A DNA stretch of 64,000 nt from Eledone cirrhosa (Eukaryota), in the NCBI GenBank assembly GCA_964016885.1, contig OZ024749.1:32488001-32552000 (forward strand). The letters are read 5' to 3'. Position numbers and translations under genes: made by a program. The notes beneath the pieces were generated by a model that worked only from the letters and a program-made list of their open reading frames with translations, did no database searches and was not told the DNA's origin. Below, piece by piece: positions 56,318-64,000 of this stretch; position 1 is the stretch's first letter, and each line of letters starts with the position of its first letter.

Positions 56318-59300
56318 TAGAGAGGGACTCACATACACATCTATACAGACACACACATACACACCTAGAGAGGTACACACATACACATCTAGATAGGTAC
56401 ACATACACACCTAGATAGGTACACACATACACACCTAGATAGGTACACATACATACCTAGAGAGGTACACATACACACCTAGATAGGTACACATACACAC
56501 CTAGAGAGGTACACACATACATACCTAGAGAGGTACACACATACACACCTAGATAGGTACACATACACACCTAGATAGGTACACACATACATACCTAGAG
56601 AGGTACACATACACACCTAGAGAGGCACACACATACACACCTAGAGAGGTACACACATACACACCTAGAGAGGTACACACATACACACCTAGAGAGGTAC
56701 ACACATACACACCTAGAGAGGTACACACATACACACCTAGATAGGTACACACATACATACCTAGAGAGGTACACACATACATACCTAGAGAGGTACACAT
56801 ACACACCTAGAGAGGCACACACATACACACCTAGAGAGGCACACACATACACACCTAGAGAGGACACCTAGAGAGGTACACACATACACATCTAGAGAGG
56901 TACACACATACACACCTAGAGAGGTACACACATACACATCTAGAGAGGTACACACATACATACCTAGAGAGGTACACACATACACACCTAGATAGGTACA
57001 TATACACACCTAGATAGGTACACACATACATACCTAGAGAGGTACTCACATACACACCTAGATAGGTACACATACACACCTAGAGAGGTACACACATACA
57101 CACCTAGATAGGTACACATACACACCTAGAGAGGTACACACATACACACCTAGAGAGGTACACACATACATACTTAGAGAGGTACACACATACACACCTA
57201 GAGAGGTACACATACACACCTAGAGAGGTACACACATACACACCTAGAGAGGTACACACATACATACTTAGAGAGGTACACACATACACACCTAGAGAGG
57301 TACACATACACACCTAGAGAGGTACACACATACACACCTAGAGAGGTACACACATACATACCTAGAGAGGTACACACATACATACCTAGAGAGGTACACA
57401 CATACACACCTAGGGAGGTACACACATACACACCTAGAGAGATACACACATACACACCTAGAGAGGTACACACATACACACCTAGAGAGGTACACACATA
57501 CACACCTAGAGAGGTACACACATACATACCTAGAGAGGTACACATACACACCTAGATAGGTACACACATACACACCTAGAGAGGTACACACATACACACC
57601 TAGAGAGGTACACACATACACACCTAGATAGGTACACACATACACACCTAGAGAGGTACACACATACACATCTAGATAGGTACACATACACACCTAGATA
57701 GGTACACACATACACATCTAGATAGGTACACACATACACACCTAGAGAGGTACACACATACACACCTAGATAGGTACACACATACACACCTAGAGAGGTA
57801 CACACATACACACCTAGATAGGTACACACATACACATCTAGATAGGTACACACATACACACCTAGAGAGGTACACACATACACACCTAGAGAGATACACG
57901 CATACACACCTAGATAGGTACACACATACATACCTAGAGAGGTACACACATACACACCTAGATAGGTACACACATACATACCTAGAGAGGTACACACATA
58001 CACACCTAGAGAGGTACACACATACACACCTAGATAGGTACACACATACACATCTATACAGACACACACATACACACCTAGAGAGGTACACACATACACA
58101 CCTAGAGAGGTACACACATACATACCTAGAGAGGTACACACATACACACCTAGAGAGGTACACACATACATACCTAGAGAGGTACACACATACACACCTA
58201 TATAGGTACACACATACACACCTAGATAGGTACACATACACACCTAGATAGGTACACACATACACACCTAGAGAGGTACTCACATACACACCTAGAGAGG
58301 TACTCACATACACACCTAGAGAGGTACACACATACACACCTAGAGAGGTACACACATACACACCTAGAGAGGTACACACATACATACCTAGAGAGGTACA
58401 CACATACATACCTAGAGAGGTACACACATACACACCTAGATAGGTACACACATACACACCTAGATAGGTACACACATACACACCTAGATAGGTACATATA
58501 CACACCTAGAGAGGTACACACATACATACCTAGAGAGGTACACACATACACACCTAGAGAGGTACACATACACACCTAGATAGGTACACACATACACATC
58601 TAGATAGGTACACACATACACACCTAGATAGGTACACACATACACACCTAGAGAGGTACACACATACACACCTAGAGAGATACACACATACACACCTAGA
58701 TAGGTACATATACACACCTAGAGAGGTACACACATACACACCTAGAGAGGTACACATACACACCTAGAGAGGTACACACATACACACCTAGATAGGTACA
58801 CACATACACACCTAGAGAGGTACACACATACACACCTAGAGAGATACACACATACACACCTAGATAGGTACACATACACACCTAGAGAGGTACACACATA
58901 CACACCTAGAGAGGTACACATACACACCTAGAGAGGTACACACATACATACCTAGAGAGGTACACACATACACACCTAGATAGGTACACATACACACCTA
59001 GAGAGGTACACATACACACCTAGATAGGTATACACATACATACCTAGAGAGGTACACACATACACACCTAGAGAGGTACACACATACATACCTAGAGAGG
59101 TACACACATACACACCTAGATAGCTACACATACACACCTAGAGAGGTACACATACACACCTAGAGAGGTACACACATACACACCTAGATAGGTACACATA
59201 CACACCTAGATAGGTACACATACACACCTAGAGAGGTACACATACATACCTAGAGAGGTACACACATACACACCTAGAGAGGTACACACATACACACCTA

Positions 59301-59510
59301 GATAGGTACACACATACACACCTAGAGAGGTACACATACACACCTAGACAGGTACACACATACACACCTAGATAGGTACACACATACACACCTAGAGAGG
59401 TACACATACACACCTAGATAGGTACACACATACACACCTAGAGAGGTACACACATACACACCTAGAGAGGTACACACATACACACCTAGAGAGGTACACA
59501 CATACACACA
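56318..59510. repeat. 3.2-kb minisatellite, 24/22-bp unit CCTAGAGAGGTACAC(AC)ATACACA
   Basis: More than 130 units read directly. Confidence 0.97.
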
Positions 59511-59589
59511 CTTTGACCTCTCCTATTGAATTCTACCAGCCACCTTCACTGCTCCTTCCAGCACTAACATGGAAACCTATTGAATAGAC

Positions 59590-59636
59590 ACTCCCTTGGT
59601 GAAATACGCCAGTCACTCTTCTTTAAATTCCTTCAA

Positions 59637-59686
<50 letters not shown>

Positions 59687-60352
59687 CTACAGCAGTGGCA
59701 CTCCCTTAGTGAGATACACAGCTATTCGGTCACCCTTCCAGCCTCACATTCTCTTTGAATTCCTTCACACACACACAAAACCCTATTGTAGCGGGACTCC
59801 CTTAGTGAGATACCCAGCCACACGGCCACGCTGTCACCCGGCCAGCTACACCTCTTTAAATTCCTTCAACCACACACACACACATAACCTTATTATAACT
59901 GGACACCCTTGGTGAGATACCCAGCCACCCGGTTAGCAACACCTCTTTAAACACTTCAACCACACACACACACACACATAACCCTATAGTAGTGGTACTC
60001 CCTTGGTGGGAGACACAGCCACCCGGCGACCCGGCCACCCAGCCACCCGGTCACTCAGCCAACCCGGCCAGCCAGACCTCTTTAAATTCCTTCAACCAAC
60101 CACACACACACACACACACACACATAACCCTATAGTAGTGGCACTCCCTTGGTGAGAGACACAGCCACCCGGTCACCCGGCCACCCGACAACCCGGTCAC
60201 CCGGCCACCCGACAACCCAGCCACCCGGTCACCCGGCCATCCGACAACCCAGCCACCCGGTCACCCGGCCACCCAGCCACCCGGCCACCCAGCCACCCGG
60301 CCACCCGACAACCCAGCCAGTCACATCACACCCCTCTTTAAATTCCTTCCAC
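59590..60352. repeat. Composite tandem repeat (CTCCCTTGGTGAGATAC..CAGCCACCCGG..CTCTTTAAATTCCTTC..(CA)n), about 6 variable units
   Basis: Read directly; inner CACCCGGC/CACCCAGC sub-repeat expands in the last unit. Confidence 0.85.
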
Positions 60353-60623
60353 TAGAGACTACACATGTCTAACCAAGCATTATAAACTCTGAAATCAATA
60401 AGAGACGTTTTAAGAGATTACCTCTTTCACACCTTCCCCTATACCTCTCAAGTAGAGTGCATACACACACACACACACACATATATACACATACACACAC
60501 ATATATATATATACACACGAACATATGTGTGTGTGTGTGTATATACATGGTGTCTCAAAAGTCACTATTTTGAATAGCAATAAGTACACCAAAATATGAT
60601 ACATAGTAACTCTGGAGTGTATA

Positions 60624-60656
<33 letters not shown>

Positions 60657-60661
<5 letters not shown>

Positions 60662-60968
60662 TTGACTTGTTCTTCTTTTTGGTAAATATCATCTTGATTA
60701 AGAGAGTGGGACTGACTTTGTGCAGTGCCTTTGCTCACTATAAAAGCTTCACGGCACAGGCATTGCTTTATATCTGGAGATCTCTCTGCACTTGTCGTCA
60801 CATGGTACCATGGGCCCAGCACTATGTGTCAATGATTGTCACAAGTGTAGTGTTTGTACCAGAGTTTTCAAGTCGCTGGCTGGACTAAAAAGTAACACTC
60901 GTTCAGCGCATCTCCTACATGGATATAAAGTAGTGGCCGTATTCGAAAATGAGTTGGCAGCCGCCATA
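60657..60968 (+). mobile_element. RTE-derived element, 5'-truncated copy in (TA)n
   Basis: Reverse complement of about 39381-39700. Confidence 0.88.
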
Positions 60969-61635
60969 TATATATATATATAAAAGTTTACATATATATA
61001 TATACATACACATACATATACGTGTTTTGCAACTGGTCACTTTTTGGCTAAATTAAACATATATATATATATAATAATATATATAATAATAAATGAAAAA
61101 TTAGAAATAGAAGCCAGGAAATCCGTCATCAGTGGTCTACTAGCCATCATAGGTATTTCTACGCATTACAGACCATATACCTCCAGCTAGGACGATACAA
61201 TAAGTAAATTAAGTTATTGGGATAAAAAGAGTTGGGTGGAGAAAGACATGTAAACAAACGCGGATGGTGAGGCCACGTAAAGGGAGGAAAAATGAGAAAA
61301 ATCAAGTTAATGATTCATTTCGAACATAAGAACTTGCGAATATTGACGAGAAGGCAAAGACATATCTTGGTCGTGAGGATGTGAGCGAGGAAAGAATCTC
61401 GTACGGTGTGGGACGATGGAGGAAGTGAGAGAGAGGGTGAGTAGCAGAGAGTGAGTGAGTGAAAGTGTGAGGAAGAGGCTAGCCGAGAGAGGGGGACTAG
61501 CAGAGGGGGGGTGAACGTAAGAGGGAGAAGGGGAAGAGAGAAAGAGGATAGCAGTAAGGTAAGAGAAAAAGACAGGTCACAGCGAAGGGGAAAGCATATA
61601 TGAATGAAAAATGGCGAGCTGTGGTGTTGCAATTA

Positions 61636-62509
61636 TCTATATATATAAAACTGAGGTTGTCTGTCTGTCTATCGATTTTTGGCACACATCTCCTCTTAGA
61701 ATCTCTCACGGAATTGCACCGAAATTGCTATACTTGTACATTGAGCCCTAGCGAAGACATCGGAAAAAAAATATTTCAAATTGACCCGCCCTATCTGACG
61801 AAATCGAATATAATGTATCGATTTTTTAGCGTAAGTTATCAGTTATTTCCCTTTGTTCTGTTTACATTGAGCGTCTTACGTAAAAAATTACGCTGGCTTT
61901 CTCAGCGTTTAAAATGACATTAACACAATACACGAACAGTTGTCGAGCCAGCAAAATATTGACGTGCAAAATTCATCAGTTCGAACACTAAGCTTCCGTT
62001 TTGCTTCATTTCCATTTAAAAGCATTTTAAAACAATGTTTTTACTTGAAAACAAGTCTATTTAAAGACTACGTAAAACAAGCAAATATTTCGTCGTTAGG
62101 CGTGCAGACAGACAGTCGTGCAGACAGGCAGTCGTGCAGAGAGGTGATATAGGCGTGCAGACAGACAGTCGTGCAGAGAGGTGATATAGGCGTGCAGACA
62201 GACATAACTGATAATTTGGTTACGCTAATGTTTTTCTCAGCGTTGCAGTGTTTACATTTTCGATCTTTGTTAATAAATAACCAGTGCAGTTTTTATCCCC
62301 AGCATCCTCTTTTGTTATAACATTCGGGTTATCGTTATGTTTTCTTAACTTCATAAGGCATATTGTTGGTTGAGGGAATATTAATCAAAAACACCACATG
62401 CAAGTCTGCACAGTAGACACTACAGTTTTTAAGCCAAAAAAGAAACTTAAGATTGTAACTTTAACACAGCTACTGAGCGACCCCGAGCAACGCCGGGCTT
62501 TACTGCTAG
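61636..62509 (+). mobile_element. Non-autonomous Helitron
   Basis: 5' TC (A|TCTATATATATAAAA), 3' hairpin CCCG-agcaacgc-CGGG then CTAG|T; inserted between A and T without TSD. Confidence 0.85.
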
Positions 62510-62664
62510 TGTATAATAAATGAAGAATTAGAAATAGAAGCCAGGAATGTCCGTCATCAGTGATATATATATATATATGTAAAAGGTAAACAGAAATAAC
62601 AACACAATCGGTACAGTATATGGAAGGTATGTATTAGGTTAACGCTTGTTATAGCAGGAGAGGG

Positions 62665-62700
62665 TCTTAACATTTCGGACGCTAGTCCTTCATCAGAAGA
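62665..62700 (-). ncRNA. Minimal hammerhead ribozyme (Penelope-type)
   Basis: TCTT-CTGATGA-A-GGAC-tagc-GTCC-GAAA-TG-TT-AAGA. Confidence 0.65.
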
Positions 62701-62825
62701 AAGAATGAGAAATAAAATAGATTGAGGGGACGGGCGGGATGGAATTGGAAAAAATGTCTTTAGATAAAAATAATAAGTCCATTCATGTTGACATCTCTTG
62801 CAACACACATATATGTGTGTGATGT

Positions 62826-62885
62826 TCGGATCTAGCTGTCGAAACGGCCGGAGCTCAGCCGTCGGGGTCCTGACTCTTTTCCTAT
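62826..62885 (+). mobile_element. Diverged fragment of fold-back family A (hammerhead 3' half, no inverted arm)
   Basis: GTCGAAACGGCCGGAGCTCAGCCGTCGGGGTCC. Confidence 0.6.
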
Positions 62886-62917
62886 ATATATATATATATT
62901 TATACACACACACACAC

Positions 62918-62988
<71 letters not shown>

Positions 62989-63236
62989 AGGTGTCCCAAA
63001 AATGTATACACACTTCAATAGCATTCTAGTAAAAGTGTGTATATTGAGGGACATCCTGTATATATATGTATATATATGTGTGTGTGTGCGTGTGTGTGTG
63101 TATGTGTGTGTGTGTGTGTGTGTGTATAAAGGAGGGAAAATATCTAAATAAAATAGAAGCAGAGTTGAAAGGATGATGAGGAAAGAAAGGGGGGGGGGTG
63201 AGAAGTAGTGTTGACCAGTAAGTTGCAGGTGTTTAT

Positions 63237-63596
63237 ATGATGATGATGATGATTATGATGATGGTGGTAGTGGTAGTGGTGATGATGATGATGGTAGTGG
63301 TGGTGACGATGGTGATGATGATGATGATGATGTTGGTGGTGATGGTGGTGGTGGTGGTGGTGGTGGTGGTGGTGGTGGTGGTGATGATGGTGGTGGTGGT
63401 GGTGGTGGTGGTGGTGGTGGTGGTGGTGGTGGTGACGATGGTGATGATGATGGTGGTGATGGTGGTGATGATCATGGTGGTGATGATCATGGTGGTGGTG
63501 ATGGTGGTGATGGTGGTGGTGATGATGGTGGTTCAGTTGTTTGCTTTTTATAAAATGAAGCTGCTTTTGATGCTAGGAGTGGTGTTGTTATTGTTG

Positions 63597-63644
<48 letters not shown>

Positions 63645-63671
63645 AGTTAGTGAGGGTGGTGTGGCTGTTGC

Positions 63672-63706
<35 letters not shown>

Positions 63707-63710
63707 GTAA
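63237..63710. repeat. (GAT)n/(GGT)n/(AGT)n trinucleotide microsatellite
   Basis: Read directly. Confidence 0.95.
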
Positions 63711-64000
63711 TTAGTTAATGAGGGTGGTGAGGCTGTTGCAGTGGGTGTTGCTGGCCATTCTTCTTAACAAATGCCTGTGGCCAAGGCCTGCTGAATTACC
63801 ACCACTCAGACTTCAGACTGGGGTAAACAGTCTATACCTCTCTCCCTCCATCCCTCCACCCCCTCACCCATTCCTTCATTGCTTATTTCTATTTTTTTTT
63901 TTCTTTTCTTGCTTTCCCTTTGGTTGTTGTTGTTGTTGTTTCTCTTTCATTTAAATAATATTATTTTGTCTAACTTTACAATGTTATCTCATGGCGCACA

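Noticed and set aside
56318-59510. Regular short repeats resembling a CRISPR array (also 1-1995)
   Set aside because: No unique spacers, no cas genes, eukaryotic context; plain tandem repeats
63718-63954. 78-aa ORF with a signal-peptide-like start
   Set aside because: No recognisable homology; embedded in simple repeats at the window edge

Overview
Eukaryotic, AT-rich, repeat-dominated animal DNA. The SINE and microsatellite make-up suggests a mollusc, probably an octopus (inference only). There is a 200-N assembly gap at 24817-25016. Three host genes are recognisable: a complete intronless METTL3 (m6A writer, 7163-8815, +), the first coding exon of LRRC40 head-to-head with it (4651-4816, -), and the first coding exon of a NUDT3/DIPP Nudix hydrolase (47842-47940, -, missed by the ORF track). 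The rest is satellites, very long (TA/CA)n arrays, tRNA-derived SINEs, RTE-derived non-autonomous elements, decayed CR1, RTE, CRE-like and Penelope-like retroelements, MITEs and a Helitron. The most striking signal is about a dozen hammerhead-ribozyme (HHR) motifs, intact, variant or partial. They lie in short non-coding elements, mostly in or beside (TA)n tracts. Many carry a copy-specific fold-back inverted repeat that turns at or near the ribozyme helices, plus an unduplicated tail with a shared ATTGAG(TAC)-like motif. This fits several families of Penelope-like, retrozyme-type non-autonomous elements. All RNA structures were folded by eye, no database search was run, and repeat boundaries are approximate.
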